Shown: positions 10,491 through 21,449, numbered from the stretch's first letter. The stretch: 64,000 bases of DNA from an uncultured Rivularia sp. (GCA_963665115.1 OY762007.1:8448001-8512000), one strand, 5' to 3'. The notes: generated by a model not told the origin, from the letters alone. Numbers and translations are program-made.

Positions 10491-10565
10491 TGCTCCTAGA
10501 TAGTAATAACAAATTCATATCTCAATTCAGCAACGCCAAATTTTCTAATTCAATTCCTAACAAAT

Positions 10566-10991
10566 CTAATGTAAAGGTACGCTGGCAATAAGAGGACAAA
10601 CTTCTTCCTGCTTTAATGTAGGTTTGGAGCTATCTGCCCAAATCGCACGATATTCTTCTAATTCCGCTTTAAACAGAGTCATTTGCTTGATTTGGATTGC
10701 TAATTGTTCTATCTTACTATTTAATAAACTTTGTACTAAATCGCAAGGAATTTCACCACCGTTACGAACGTCAAGAATTTGTTTGATTTCTTCTAATGTA
10801 AATCCCAGAGCCTGAGCTTTCTTGATAAATTGTACTTGCTCGGAGGCATTCGCAGCATAATATCTATAGCCGTTGTCCCCTCTCTGTACGGGTTGCAAAA
10901 GTCCTATATCGCTGTAATAACGTAAAGTTCCAACAGTTAAACCTGTTTGCTTGGCTAATTCTCCAATTTTTAAATAGGCTAATTTATTCAT
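10566..10991 (-). CDS. MerR family heavy-metal-responsive regulator
   Basis: LKIGELAKQTGLTVGTLRYY HTH; Cys in IPCD and C-terminal VCPLI. Confidence 0.9.
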   Translation of the reverse strand: MNKLAYLKIGELAKQTGLTVGTLRYYSDIGLLQPVQRGDNGYRYYAANASEQVQFIKKAQALGFTLEEIKQILDVRNGGEIPCDLVQSLLNSKIEQLAIQIKQMTLFKAELEEYRAIWADSSKPTLKQEEVCPLIASVPLH

Positions 10992-11020
10992 AGTTTTTTA
11001 CTGCCTACTACTACTTCTGA

Positions 11021-11052
11021 ATCATAAACTCTTTAGTTAACTGTAGAGTCAA
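11021..11052 (-). promoter_or_regulatory. MerR-type promoter/operator
   Basis: TTGACT-N20-TATGAT on minus strand; the long spacer holds the dyad ACTCT..AG-TTAA-CT..AGAGT. Confidence 0.75.
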
Positions 11053-11070
11053 GTCAATTTTGGATTTTTA

Positions 11071-11493
11071 TTACAATCTCGGTATCATTTGCACCATATC
11101 GCTGCTCAAGCAAGCAGTAGCGCAATTTTCACAATCTTTCAAACAAAATACTCGCTGCTGCTGTCCCCCAGATAATTCGCCAATTTGACGAAAACGAAGT
11201 TCCCACATTCCCACTCTTTCCAACGCAGACTTAACTATTTGCTGCGATTTACAATTTGGCTTGCGAAACCAACCCGTATTTGCAGTACGAGCCATCATCA
11301 CCACCCCAAGTACCGTTATCGGATAATCCCAATCTACTTGAGTTCTTTGAGGTACGTAAGCAATCGAACTTAATTGTTTTTTGATAGAACAGTTACAAAA
11401 TTTAATAGTTCCACTCGCAACTGGGATTAAGCCCAATATTGCTTTCACCAAAGTGCTTTTACCAGCGCCATTCGGCCCGATTACACCAACCAT
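11071..11493 (-). pseudogene. Internal fragment of a Mn/Zn ABC ATPase fused to a Cys-rich fragment resembling a four-helix-bundle copper storage protein
   Basis: GPNGAGKST, YVPQR, LSGGQQQRVF, then an abrupt switch to CLKDCENCATACLSSDMVQM; no Walker B. Confidence 0.75.
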
Positions 11494-11496
11494 CTG

Positions 11497-11770
11497 TCCA
11501 TTACAGGATTAACTTTGGCTATCGGTTTAATTAGCTGTGGTGGGACTCCATCCGTTAATTCCGATTTGGGAATAGAAGAAAAATCTACTGTAAATACTAG
11601 CGAAATAGCTACGGCAAAGCGTCCATTAATTGTGGCGACAACAAGCGTACTTTGCGACTTAACCAAACAAGTAGCCGCAGGGTACTGATGCAAATACTTA
11701 TCAGAAAATGCTGGTTACAAATACTAAAGCCATAGTGGAAGGTTTGGGAGGGAAATATACCCGGTGATTT
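11497..11770 (+). pseudogene. Mn/Zn ABC substrate-binding lipoprotein, internally deleted
   Basis: LAIGLISC...IVATTSVLCDLTKQVA joined directly to C-terminal GTDANTYQKMLVTNTKAIVEGLGGKY. Confidence 0.7.
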
Positions 11771-12156
11771 AGCTAAGCCTCAATTGGTCTGAGTAATACT
11801 TATACCATTTCTTTATAAAGATGCGCCGAATTAAGCCCACGTAGGTGAGCTTTGTTGCTATAGCCTCAGCCTTCTAGGCTGTGGGTGATTAAGCGCAGCC
11901 TCATACAGAATTGGTATTAGTATCACGCAAGACCGAGAAAAGCCTGCGCGAGGTATGGGATGGTGGAAACAGCGAAAGCCTCTTTGTAATGAAGGGGATA
12001 GAGGTTGAGAAAACAACATTATCTCACGATGAAAATTCTGCCGAATTCCACTTGGTCTTAGACGGAAAAGGAATCTTCTATGAGCAGTAGGCTTGGCAAC
12101 AAGATTGCGACCTCTTCGCCGGTGTCAACGTCCTGCGGGCACGAAACACGGTCAGC

Positions 12157-12188
12157 AAAAAGCCGGGGGTCATGCCCCGGCTTTTTTG
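12157..12188. terminator. Bidirectional intrinsic terminator after sbtB
   Basis: AAAAAGCCGGGG-gtcatg-CCCCGGCTTTTTT. Confidence 0.8.
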
Positions 12189-12211
12189 GTTTGTTCGGCT
12201 GGGTTTTGAGT

Positions 12212-12559
<348 letters not shown>

Positions 12560-12668
12560 CTACATAGAAACTCAGTAAAACGGCAGCACCGCGCGCTATC
12601 ACGCCGATCTAGCCGCCGCATTGGTCGCCGGGCTAGGGGAATACCGATAGACCGCGACCCGTCTGGGT

Positions 12669-13796
12669 TCAGCTGCCCATCAGCGCCTGGGCGAGCCCGA
12701 TGAAGAGCGGTATTCCTATGGCAAGCGCAACCGGCGTGCCGACGGCTGTGGACGCGCCGATGTAGGCGGAGGGATTGGCCGACGGGATACCGGCTCGTAA
12801 AGTGGGCGGTCCTGAGATGTCTGAACTGGAGGCGGCGATGACGGCCAGAATCACGACCCCGCCAGGGCTGAAACCCGTGGCAATGTGGGCAATCCAGCCG
12901 AAACCGAAGGCTATGATCCCATGCAGCAGCGGCCCCACAAAGGCATATAGGGCGTACCACTGCCCCACCTTACGCAGCTCGCCGATCCTTGCGGTTGCCT
13001 CCATACCCATTACCAGCATCAGTATTGAAAGCAGGCCGCGGAAAAGGGGATTGAAGAAGCTCTCATAGACACTTTCCGGCCGGGTTAGCACGCCTAGAGC
13101 GAGGCCGAGCAGCAGTGCCGAAAGGGCAGAACCCTGGAGGCTTTCCTTCACAATGGGCCATATCTTGACCCTCTTGCCTGCGGTACCGCCTTGCTTTTTG
13201 GGATACCCGCTTGCCGTAATGCCTTGGTTGCTGCCGCCATACTTAACTAAGGTACCGCCCCGCTTGCTGAGATACTCCTGCTTGCTGAGATATTCGTCTG
13301 CGGTATCGCGCTGCTTACTGGTATAAATGCTGGCTAAAACGATCGCAGTCACGAGTGCTGGGATGTCCATGAAGGGATAGAGTGCGGCGGCCCAGGGCTC
13401 GTATTTGATACTTTCCGTTTCCAGTAGCGTCAGGGCCGCGGCGAGGGTAGAGCCACTCACGGCACCGAACAAGCCTGCGGTCGCAATGGCATCTACGGTT
13501 TTGACACCCGGCAGCTTTGCCAACGTGTAGCGTCCGATGAACACGATAAGGATTCCCACTACCATTGCGAACACCGCAGGCAACAGCATCTCTACTAGAT
13601 TGGCATTGCGGATCGCAATGCCGCCGCTCAGACCGACTTTTATGAGCAGCATGAAGACGATGAACTTATAGATCGGATCTGGAACTGCCAGTCGGCTATT
13701 GAAGGCGGCAACGATCATACCACCAATCAGAAAGCCGAGTGTCGGGGACTGCAACTTCCCTAGGAAGAGCGTCAAGAAATCGGACAAGAAATCCAC
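12669..13796 (-). CDS. sbtA: Sodium-dependent bicarbonate transporter SbtA
   Basis: MDFLSDF..KLQSPTLGFLIGG, GAVSGST, SSDISGPPTLRAGIPSANPSAYIG; GTG start. Confidence 0.93.
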   Translation of the reverse strand: MDFLSDFLTLFLGKLQSPTLGFLIGGMIVAAFNSRLAVPDPIYKFIVFMLLIKVGLSGGIAIRNANLVEMLLPAVFAMVVGILIVFIGRYTLAKLPGVKTVDAIATAGLFGAVSGSTLAAALTLLETESIKYEPWAAALYPFMDIPALVTAIVLASIYTSKQRDTADEYLSKQEYLSKRGGTLVKYGGSNQGITASGYPKKQGGTAGKRVKIWPIVKESLQGSALSALLLGLALGVLTRPESVYESFFNPLFRGLLSILMLVMGMEATARIGELRKVGQWYALYAFVGPLLHGIIAFGFGWIAHIATGFSPGGVVILAVIAASSSDISGPPTLRAGIPSANPSAYIGASTAVGTPVALAIGIPLFIGLAQALMGS

Positions 13797-13993
13797 TTAG
13801 TAATTCTCCTTAATCAGGTCTTAGGGGTCAGGACGGCAGGCAAGCGTAGCCTCGAATCTCGTGTGGCAGTAATGAACGGCACCTCTGTCACTCCATCGTT
13901 CACTTTGTTTAGGATTTCCAAAATTTGATCCAGTCCAATGTAAACGTTGCTTTAAAAAGCGATACCAATGGTCAACGGTAAAGCGACGCAAAA

Positions 13994-14333
13994 GACACCT
14001 CCTCCTCTTTGAGAGCCAATAGTGACGTTATCTCTAGCTCATGCCCAGCTTGCCTGTTTGGATATCTGCACGTCGTCGTTGATGCAATAATATTTAGCAA
14101 AAAAGCCTTTTTCCTTGGCAACAACGCAGCAGCAGCAACTTCAACTATCGGGATATAACTTAAAGCCACTTTCGTAGTTTCAGACCTCCTCATTTCGACT
14201 GCTACTTGTTCTGTAGCAGTCGTTTCTCCAGGCTCTAGAGGATTGCCATAAGCTTTAAGTAGCATTGCACTTACCCCAGAAAAGCAGCATTCCTTAAGAA
14301 TTTGCGACGGGAAAATTGAGAAAAATTGGACAT
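13994..14333 (-). pseudogene. 5' remnant of CmpA/NrtA-family substrate-binding protein (cmpA-like)
   Basis: MSNFSQFSRRKFL Tat signal, ETTKVALSYIPIVE, AKEKGFFAKY, SKQASWA*ARDNVTIGS; stops and frameshifts. Confidence 0.75.
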
Positions 14334-14588
14334 AGTATCTCTTAATTACTCCATTTTTAGTTTGGATAGATTAATTAAATAAGCTTAGAAAAAATAGCTA
14401 ATAAAATTACACGATCTTTAATTATGAGACTAATAAATTTCTCTTAACTGGGGATTGAATATTAAATTAGCTATATCGGAAATTAAACTCAAAATAAGTT
14501 TTTTAAATTAATCTTTTCCTATGTGTACTGAATTCTATCATGATTTAAATATTATAAATTCTTAGCTGTTATAGAAAAACTAATTAAG

Positions 14589-14610
14589 ATCATTAATTTT
14601 TATTAATGAT
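14589..14610. promoter_or_regulatory. 9-bp inverted repeat, possible regulator site upstream of the cmpA-sbtAB unit
   Basis: ATCATTAAT-TTTT-ATTAATGAT in an AT-rich region, beside TTGACA. Confidence 0.35.
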
Positions 14611-14706
14611 AAATTAAGTGTTGACAATTTTTTTATCGTAGTGTATAAGACTAAATTAATGAAAAAACAAAATTTACTAGTGGAGTAGGGTGCTTTACAG
14701 TTACAA

Positions 14707-14985
14707 CTGGAGTTTAGACTAAGCCATGAAAAAGGACCCCAGCAGGGCTAAGTTAATCTTCATATTTAGCAAAAGAATGAATGATAGAACCGTATTAAAC
14801 AGCAACTAATGGTTCTTTAGGGAATCGAGTTACTTTTTTTACAATAAAATATCTGTTTTTACGGGGACGCTTTTTACCTGGTTGCCAACTGGGTGACTTT
14901 CCGCGAGGTTTGGGCGCAGAGGCAGGAGTACCAATCACAACAAAAACTTCACTCATAGCTTGAGCAACTCAACGAGCCAATTTAT
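14707..14985 (-). mobile_element. 3' remnant of a cyanobacterial DDE transposase element with its terminus
   Basis: RVAQAMSEVFVVIGTPASAPKPRGKSPSWQPGKKRPRK, then the end motif TTAGTCTAAACTCCAG. Confidence 0.7.
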
Positions 14986-15145
14986 CAATTGTGGATGAAT
15001 ATTGCTTTCATATCGATAACGTAATGTTGGGTTACGACGCGATTAAATAGATTTTCTTTAATAATTCAAATTGCTTTTCGTGTCTAACCCAACCTACTAA
15101 CTAACGCCGATTACATAGCATATTATCATGCCATTTTTCTTGCGT

Positions 15146-15313
15146 TTACCCTGCTTGATACGCAAGGGATACTAAGTTAGATGGAGTGATATTTCTTTGA
15201 ACTTGATTCTGGGTTAAATTAGAATTTGCAGCAGTTTTATTCGGCATAGCAGGTGGTGTAGCAGTAGTTGCAATTAAAAATGTTCCAAGAGTTGCAAGTA
15301 ATAAACGCTCCAT
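15146..15313 (-). pseudogene. Truncated secreted hypothetical protein
   Basis: Signal peptide MERLLLATLG..., ends abruptly at ITPSNLVSLAYQAG. Confidence 0.45.
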
Positions 15314-15439
15314 GATTTTTCTCCGATATTTAGTAAGTGTGTATGAATCAATTTGTTTTCCTTGATTTCTATAATGCTGTATCCACCTGAGACAGCAATA
15401 AATGCTAAATGAGAAGTCAGTAGGAGGTTTATGAGAAAT

Positions 15440-15976
15440 ATGAATGATTCTTCTCCACCACAGCGCATTTGTGTAATCGGTACTAGCGGTGCTGGTAAAA
15501 CAACTTTGGCTCTTCAAGTTGCTCAAAAGCTGATGATTCCCCATTTCGAGTTAGATTCCCTTTTCTGGGAACCCAATTGGGTAATAGCACCTACGGATGT
15601 CTTCCGTCGTCGTGTGGAAGAATTTTTGGTTGGTAATAATTGGATTGTTGACGGTAATTACAGTAAAGTGCGCGATATCGTTTGGGGAAACGCCGATACT
15701 CTTATTTGGCTGGATTTTTCTTTTCCCGTGGTGATGAGTCGCATTATATGGCGAACTTTTCGTAGAGTAGCGACTCAGCAACAAGTCTGCAATGGTAATT
15801 ATGAAACTTGGGAAAAAGTTTTTTCAAAAGAATCCATTCTGTTATGGGCACTGCAAACCTATTGGAAACGCAAAAGAGAATATCCGATCTTAATTAGTAA
15901 ACCAGAATATTCGCATCTTAATATAGTGCGGTTGTCTTCTCCAAAAGCTGCGGAAGATTGGTTATCAAGTTTGTGA
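15440..15976 (+). CDS. Adenylate kinase-like P-loop protein (topology modulation/FlaR-like)
   Basis: GTSGAGKTT, ELDSLFWEPNW, WIVDGNY, ADTLIWLD. Confidence 0.85.
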   Translation: MNDSSPPQRICVIGTSGAGKTTLALQVAQKLMIPHFELDSLFWEPNWVIAPTDVFRRRVEEFLVGNNWIVDGNYSKVRDIVWGNADTLIWLDFSFPVVMSRIIWRTFRRVATQQQVCNGNYETWEKVFSKESILLWALQTYWKRKREYPILISKPEYSHLNIVRLSSPKAAEDWLSSL

Positions 15977-16034
15977 AACCTCTCCCTCGCTAATCTCTTC
16001 CTCTCCTTAATAAGGAGAGGGCTGGGGTGAGGTA
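15976..16034. repeat. CCTCTCCTT-AAGGAGAGG palindromic repeat; related copies at 39060-39206
   Basis: Direct comparison of copies. Confidence 0.7.
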
Positions 16035-16143
16035 CATTTTAGTGTACGTCACGGCTACCTTAGCGCGCCATCGAGTGTTGGAAAATTAGGAATTTAAAAA
16101 ACCGCGGAGAGCGCTGAGGGAAGAGATGGAGAGGAATGGTTAT

Positions 16144-16719
16144 TTAAAAACTATTAGAAACTCGAAACCAATACCAATCCCCATACAAACGAAATAATTG
16201 ATAGCCAGAACTCCCAAATGAGCTTTGTTTACGATTGGGTTGATAAGTAAAACCATAGGAAACTACATCGAAACCGATAATTCCATCACTACGCGAAGTA
16301 ATATTAAAATATTTATTACCACTAGCATCGGTTGTATATTTATCTACTTTATAAAAGCTAAAACGCCGATTGAATGTTATTTTTTCATCCACTATGATTT
16401 GTTCAAATGCCGATTGCGATGTCATAAATGCCAAACGACGGGGAATGTATAATTTAAGCACGATCGAAGAAATGAGCAGTATTCCAGCAATAATTCTAAT
16501 AAGTTTCCAGGGAAGCGCGATATTTCTCAATATTCCCCGTCTTTTTAAAACTATCAATGTAAAAATACCAACGATTATAAATATTGGCATACAGATAATT
16601 GAAACCAATAAAATTGGAAACAATAAACTATCTATTGCACCAGGGTAAATACTAATAGAAAGAACTGCTATACAAATAACTAAAGTCACAAATAATATTA
16701 TCTTATTAGTAATATTCAT
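16144..16719 (-). CDS. Hypothetical membrane protein
   Basis: 191-aa ORF; three N-terminal hydrophobic segments; C-terminal LYGDWYWF. Confidence 0.7.
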   Translation of the reverse strand: MNITNKIILFVTLVICIAVLSISIYPGAIDSLLFPILLVSIICMPIFIIVGIFTLIVLKRRGILRNIALPWKLIRIIAGILLISSIVLKLYIPRRLAFMTSQSAFEQIIVDEKITFNRRFSFYKVDKYTTDASGNKYFNITSRSDGIIGFDVVSYGFTYQPNRKQSSFGSSGYQLFRLYGDWYWFRVSNSF

Positions 16720-16919
16720 GCAATAAAGAATTGATGATTTATTTTAATTTTTCGGAAGTAATTTATGCTCGTTCGCCAATATTTTTTATAATTATATTTG
16801 TAATTTAGTGTACGTTCAATGTCTATTTTTAATTAAGTATATTCACCTCGTCTCAAAAAAATATTCCCTAAGCTATACTTTAAAAGAGAATAAACCCCTT
16901 TAATTGTCAAACTCGAACC

Positions 16920-17951
16920 ATGCGAACAATAGTAGTTGGTGATATTCATGGCTGTTATCTAGAACTTCGTCAGCTACTAGATAAAGTGCAGCTTACCGAT
17001 GAAGATTGTTTGATTTCGTTGGGAGACATTGTAGATAGGGGTGCCGATTCGGTTAAGGTATATGATTTTCTCAGAAATCGTCCCAACACCATCGTTTTGA
17101 TGGGAAATCACGAACGCAAGCATCTACGTAATACTCTCTCCTACTCTCAGGAAATCGTTAAGTTACAATTTGGCGATCGCTACGAAGAATTTCTAGAATG
17201 GGCGAGCCATTTACCTTACTATCACGAAACTGATGAAGCAATTTTGGTTCATGCTGCTGTGGAAAATGAAATACCCATTGAAAAACAAGCAGAAGAAGTT
17301 TTATGCGGTTGTACTGCTGGTGAAAAGCATTTAAGTAAACGCTACGGAAATATATATTGGACTGAGTTATATAACGGTAAGAAACCAGTTATTTTTGGTC
17401 ATCATGTTGTTGGCGATCGCCCGTTGATAGTTGAGGGGAAGGTTTACGGTATCGATACTGGAGCCTGTCATGGGGCAAGATTAACCGGGTTAGTTTTACC
17501 CAGCTTTGAAACTTTTCAGGTACAGTCTCCTAAAGATTATTGGAAAGAAGAGTTGGCTAAATGGCAATTACCCGTGATGGTGGCTAAACCCTGGAAGACT
17601 TATAAATGGGACAAAATCAAAGCGATTTGCAATGATTTTAAGGATTCAAGAAATCCACAATTAACCGCTTTTTTAGTTAAGAAAGAGCGGTGGATGAACG
17701 ATTTACTTAGCAATGCTCCCAAAATAATTTTCAAGGTAGAAGAAAAATTAGCTGAATTAATTTCTCTTCACGGCGGCGATAATTTTAAAAAACAAGCTCG
17801 CAATTTTAGCTACGCACCCCTTTTATACAAAGCAAATTCTAACGGTATTACCAGCGATTTTCTCAAACAAACTTTGCGATCGCCTTATGAATGGTTGCAG
17901 GTAATGGAGGAATTGGGGGTAGATGGGGGGGATGGAGAGACAAGGGCATGA
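16920..17951 (+). CDS. Metallophosphoesterase (PPP/ApaH-like) with C-terminal extension
   Basis: GDIHG, GDIVDRG, GNHE, FGHH, IDTGA. Confidence 0.9.
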   Translation: MRTIVVGDIHGCYLELRQLLDKVQLTDEDCLISLGDIVDRGADSVKVYDFLRNRPNTIVLMGNHERKHLRNTLSYSQEIVKLQFGDRYEEFLEWASHLPYYHETDEAILVHAAVENEIPIEKQAEEVLCGCTAGEKHLSKRYGNIYWTELYNGKKPVIFGHHVVGDRPLIVEGKVYGIDTGACHGARLTGLVLPSFETFQVQSPKDYWKEELAKWQLPVMVAKPWKTYKWDKIKAICNDFKDSRNPQLTAFLVKKERWMNDLLSNAPKIIFKVEEKLAELISLHGGDNFKKQARNFSYAPLLYKANSNGITSDFLKQTLRSPYEWLQVMEELGVDGGDGETRA

Positions 17952-18104
17952 AGAGGTGAGAGAATTATGGGATTAAAAATCTACATTACTCCCTACTCCC
18001 TAATTACACTTAATTCTCTACAAAAATAAAAATAGGGGATTTTTCTCAGGTGGACTGTGAAAGACAGCAATTACAGTTGAGAAACATGGAAAAAAAGTAG
18101 GCTA

Positions 18105-18734
18105 ATGTTAATCAGAATCTCCTTAATATCTCTTATTTTTTTAATGCTTGTTAGCTGTCTTCATTCAGATGGAAGTAAGAACAATAGTCCAATAACTTCT
18201 AAACCGAGTATAGATTCAAAATCAAATAACCAGAAGATTGCTACAGGAAATACCAATCCACTCAATCATCTTGGTAACTTTATGACTTTAACGCCAACGG
18301 GACAAACTAATACTCTCAAGAATCCTCTTTATAAACTTCGTCTCTATGCAGATGGGAAGTTGGTTGATAGCTTTACAACCGTATCCGGACGAACGTTAAC
18401 ACAAACTAAAAACCGTCACCAAAGCGGAACTCAGGCTCCCTTACCTGATGGAAAATACACTGTCGCTAATTCTACAATTCCAGGTGCGATCGCCGAAGCG
18501 GGAGAGCATTTTCTACCTATACAAGCTACGTTTAAAACAGGACGTTCAGATTTAGGTTTTCACGTAGATCCGTCTTTTGAAAAAAGTAATGGAGAAGATG
18601 GAACAGCAGGATGCATCGGATTAAGCAGTAAAAAAGATTTAGATAAATTGTTGAGTTTTGTAGATACTTATAAACCTGAATTTCTCGATGTGCAAATTTT
18701 AGATAAGACTTATGCAGCCAAAGCTAAGAAGTAA
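18105..18734 (+). CDS. Lipoprotein with an L,D-transpeptidase/Tlde1-like domain
   Basis: Lipobox LVSC; APLPDGKY; GFHVD...GTAGCIG His/Cys motif. Confidence 0.65.
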   Translation: MLIRISLISLIFLMLVSCLHSDGSKNNSPITSKPSIDSKSNNQKIATGNTNPLNHLGNFMTLTPTGQTNTLKNPLYKLRLYADGKLVDSFTTVSGRTLTQTKNRHQSGTQAPLPDGKYTVANSTIPGAIAEAGEHFLPIQATFKTGRSDLGFHVDPSFEKSNGEDGTAGCIGLSSKKDLDKLLSFVDTYKPEFLDVQILDKTYAAKAKK

Positions 18735-18924
18735 TTTTACTTATTCAAAAAAATATTCAGAATCATCTCTAAGTATTTTTTTCGATAAAAATATATAAAC
18801 AACTTATAAATTTATCTTAACCATTTCGTTTAAATTATGATTCGTAGTAGCGCTTCAGCGCATCCTATCTACCAACCTTCCGTTCCCCATTTCCCATTTG
18901 CTTTTTTAAAAAAGTATTTCAGTA

Positions 18925-19206
18925 AAATGCAACTTAAATGTTATCGGGGAAGGTTTTAATTGATTGCAATAACTTTGAAATTCCCAAGGATTTTGCTTAT
19001 CCCCTTGTAAAACAATCTTTGGCTGAAAAGTTAGCCTTAGAGGTTCCGAAAGTTCGGATAGTCAAAGCATTTAACACATGGCGCAAGAATTATTTGAACT
19101 TGCACCGACACCGTTAAAAGATAATAACGTTTCTTGTTTTGTCGCGGGGGATGATGAGGAAGCAAGAAACATGGTGATGAAACTTGCGGAAGATATTGGA
19201 TTTAAA
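18925..19206 (+). pseudogene. Fragment of NADPH-dependent F420 reductase-like oxidoreductase
   Basis: GKVLIDCNN, SLAEKLA..VKAFNT, FVAGDDEEARNMVMKLAEDIGF across frameshifts. Confidence 0.7.
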
Positions 19207-19268
19207 CATCAGAGTGCGTAAGTCCTAAAACTGTACGGAACCACTGATATATATGGTTTTTAATCAAA

Positions 19269-19342
19269 TCGGAGCGGCGGGATTTGAACCCACGACCTCC
19301 ACTACCCCAAAGTGGCGCGCTACCAAGCTGCGCTACGCCCCG
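19269..19342 (-). tRNA. tRNA-Pro(GGG)
   Basis: CGGGGCGTAGCGCAGCTTGGTAGCGCG CCACT-TTGGGGT-AGTGG ...GGTTCAAATCC...CTCCGA cloverleaf; CCA not encoded. Confidence 0.97.
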
Positions 19343-19473
19343 TAAATCGGATTGTATCTAACTCTAAAAAGTGGATTCTAAATTTTCCTTTGTGAAAATA
19401 TTAAATCCAGGGGTTTTAACCTTAGTATATTAACACAAAGTTGAAACTAGACAAGCATTTTATTCAAATTAAT

Positions 19474-19836
19474 TCAAAAAACATCGATCGTGGCTGCGGC
19501 TTGGATTAAATCTGGAACGGCAGCACAATCCCATTTACCTTCCGCGCAACGTCCTGAACTGATGATAAAACGTAAACTGTAGGCGTGGGGATAGCCTTCT
19601 ACTTCCATCCAGATTAAATTGCTTTCAGCTTCGCAAGCGATTTTTTCTTCATCCATCAATTCCGAAGCCATCTGTTGCATAGTCTCTGCAAGCTGCGCCA
19701 ATAGCCGACAAAAATCATTCAATTCAGCTTCCGTTAATTCCACAGCCCAATCATCCGTACCTACTAAGCCTTTGAATTCTGCTGCTGCTGGGTTAATGCC
19801 AATACGCCAGCCGTTTCCTTTTTTTAGTACGCGCAT
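19474..19836 (-). CDS. DUF1818 family protein
   Basis: GWRIG, GLVGTDDWAVELTEAE, ELMDEEKI motifs. Confidence 0.85.
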   Translation of the reverse strand: MRVLKKGNGWRIGINPAAAEFKGLVGTDDWAVELTEAELNDFCRLLAQLAETMQQMASELMDEEKIACEAESNLIWMEVEGYPHAYSLRFIISSGRCAEGKWDCAAVPDLIQAAATIDVF

Positions 19837-19964
19837 GGGGGGGAATGGGGAGAGAGAGGGGGTAGAGGGAGTAGAAAAATAGTTAATTCTTGATTTGAAT
19901 TTAAAATCAAATCTAAAACTCCTGTATTATTCGTAACAAGTTAAGGAAAAGCAGGAATTGTCAA

Positions 19965-20115
19965 GGGCAAAGGAAAAGGTGATACAGCTTCTTTTTGAAA
20001 ATGTTTTAAGTTAGAAGTAAAAATTATGCCAGATTGAGCAATTATTGCAGCTGCGACAACATGGCGATCGCCTTCATCTTAAGCAAATGCTGAAAACGTT
20101 CTTCCTTCGCTTCTA
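19965..20115 (-). pseudogene. PIN-domain protein fragment
   Basis: Frame reads DEGDRHVVAAAIIAQSGIIFTSNLKHFQKEAVSPF. Confidence 0.65.
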
Positions 20116-20149
20116 GTAAAAATACTTTATTTGGTTTAATTGGCTGCAT
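20115..20149 (-). pseudogene. Putative first codons of an IscB/IsrB gene
   Basis: MQPIKPNKVFLL resembles the IscB N-terminal NxVFVL; it lies directly after the omega RNA once the tnpB element is removed. Confidence 0.45.
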
Positions 20150-20159
20150 GATTAATACC

Positions 20160-20330
20160 GTGACGTACCTACACTCACTCGTAGAGGAGTGTAGGCTTCT
20201 CAGTGACTCTTCTTTGAAGACATTGACTGAGCTTTGAGGGCGTGCGTCCCACGCGCCTTGATGTTTATAGAAGCGTTCAAATCCCTGCACAAACTCGCAT
20301 GACATACCGGGCAATTATGCATTCTTTGAG
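20160..20330 (-). ncRNA. TnpB reRNA/omega scaffold (expected; 5' boundary approximate)
   Basis: Established location overlapping the tnpB 3' end and element right end; terminal hairpin visible. Confidence 0.55.
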
Positions 20331-21384
20331 ATAGCGCCTTTTTCACTTTATGACCACAACTAGAACATTCCTGGCTTGTACCGTTTGGATTTATAGCTAT
20401 TACTCGCAAACCAGCATTTTCGGCTTTGAATGTGAGTATATTTATAAACTGCGACCATCCGGCATCATGTATAGACTTAGCCAATCGTGTTCTAGCAAGT
20501 CCTTTCACGTTCAAGTTTTCAACAGCAACTATATCATACTTAGATAATAGATGCTTTGCTGTTTTGAAATGAAAATCTTTACGGGTATCAGCAACTTTTT
20601 TATGTCTGATGCCTAGTTCTTTAATTGCCTTTTTGCGACGGTTAGAACCCTTTTTACGACGCGATACTTTACGTTGCGCTGACTTTAATTTACGATCGGA
20701 TTTACGTAAATATTTTGGTGCAGCAATTCGAGTATTGTCTGAAGCTACATAAAAATCGATTAAGCCAACATCAATTCCGACAATATTACCAGCATTGAAA
20801 TCAGGTTTAATGGTTGGTACTTCTTTATTATCAAGACTCAAAGTTACGTAGTAGCCATTAGCCTTTTTCGTAACTGATAATGTTTTGATAACAAATCCGT
20901 CAGGTATTGGACGATGGATAATTACTTTTACATCGCCAATCTTAGATAAGGTAATTTTGTTGCCTACAAAATGATGTTGTTTGAATTGAGGATAAGTAAA
21001 GGTTTTATATTGCCCCGCACCTTTAAATCTAGGTCGCCCCGATTTCTTGCCGTTACTATCACCAGCTAACAACTTATCAAAAGCAATCTCAACTCTTTTT
21101 GGGACTTCTTGAAGTACTTGACTGTGAATATCTTTGTACCAAGGACGGACTATCTTAAGCTGTTTTAAAGATGCTTGTTGACTAAAACGATTAGGCTTTT
21201 CTTTTAATTCTGTCAAGTGACAAACAAGCGGACACCTATCAGTAGAGCAACGATTTTGTTCATACCAATCAAACCTTTGAGCAAGCTGATAGTTATATTG
21301 ATAACGCAATTTCTCAAGAGTGCCATCAATAATTTCTCGCTGCTCTTTATTTGGTTTTAATCTGAACTGATAAGAAGTTCTCAT
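20200..21384 (-). CDS. tnpB: RNA-guided endonuclease TnpB
   Basis: RuvC D-E-D intact (GIDVG, AVENL, RDLNAS); Zn finger CSSC/CPVC; N-terminal YQFRLKP. Confidence 0.95.
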   Translation of the reverse strand: MRTSYQFRLKPNKEQREIIDGTLEKLRYQYNYQLAQRFDWYEQNRCSTDRCPLVCHLTELKEKPNRFSQQASLKQLKIVRPWYKDIHSQVLQEVPKRVEIAFDKLLAGDSNGKKSGRPRFKGAGQYKTFTYPQFKQHHFVGNKITLSKIGDVKVIIHRPIPDGFVIKTLSVTKKANGYYVTLSLDNKEVPTIKPDFNAGNIVGIDVGLIDFYVASDNTRIAAPKYLRKSDRKLKSAQRKVSRRKKGSNRRKKAIKELGIRHKKVADTRKDFHFKTAKHLLSKYDIVAVENLNVKGLARTRLAKSIHDAGWSQFINILTFKAENAGLRVIAINPNGTSQECSSCGHKVKKALSQRMHNCPVCHASLCRDLNASINIKARGTHALKAQSMSSKKSH

Positions 21385-21449
21385 TGATAAATATATTACT
21401 GATCGATCTCCGAATATAGTAACATGAATGGGTAGCCAATAACAACCCG

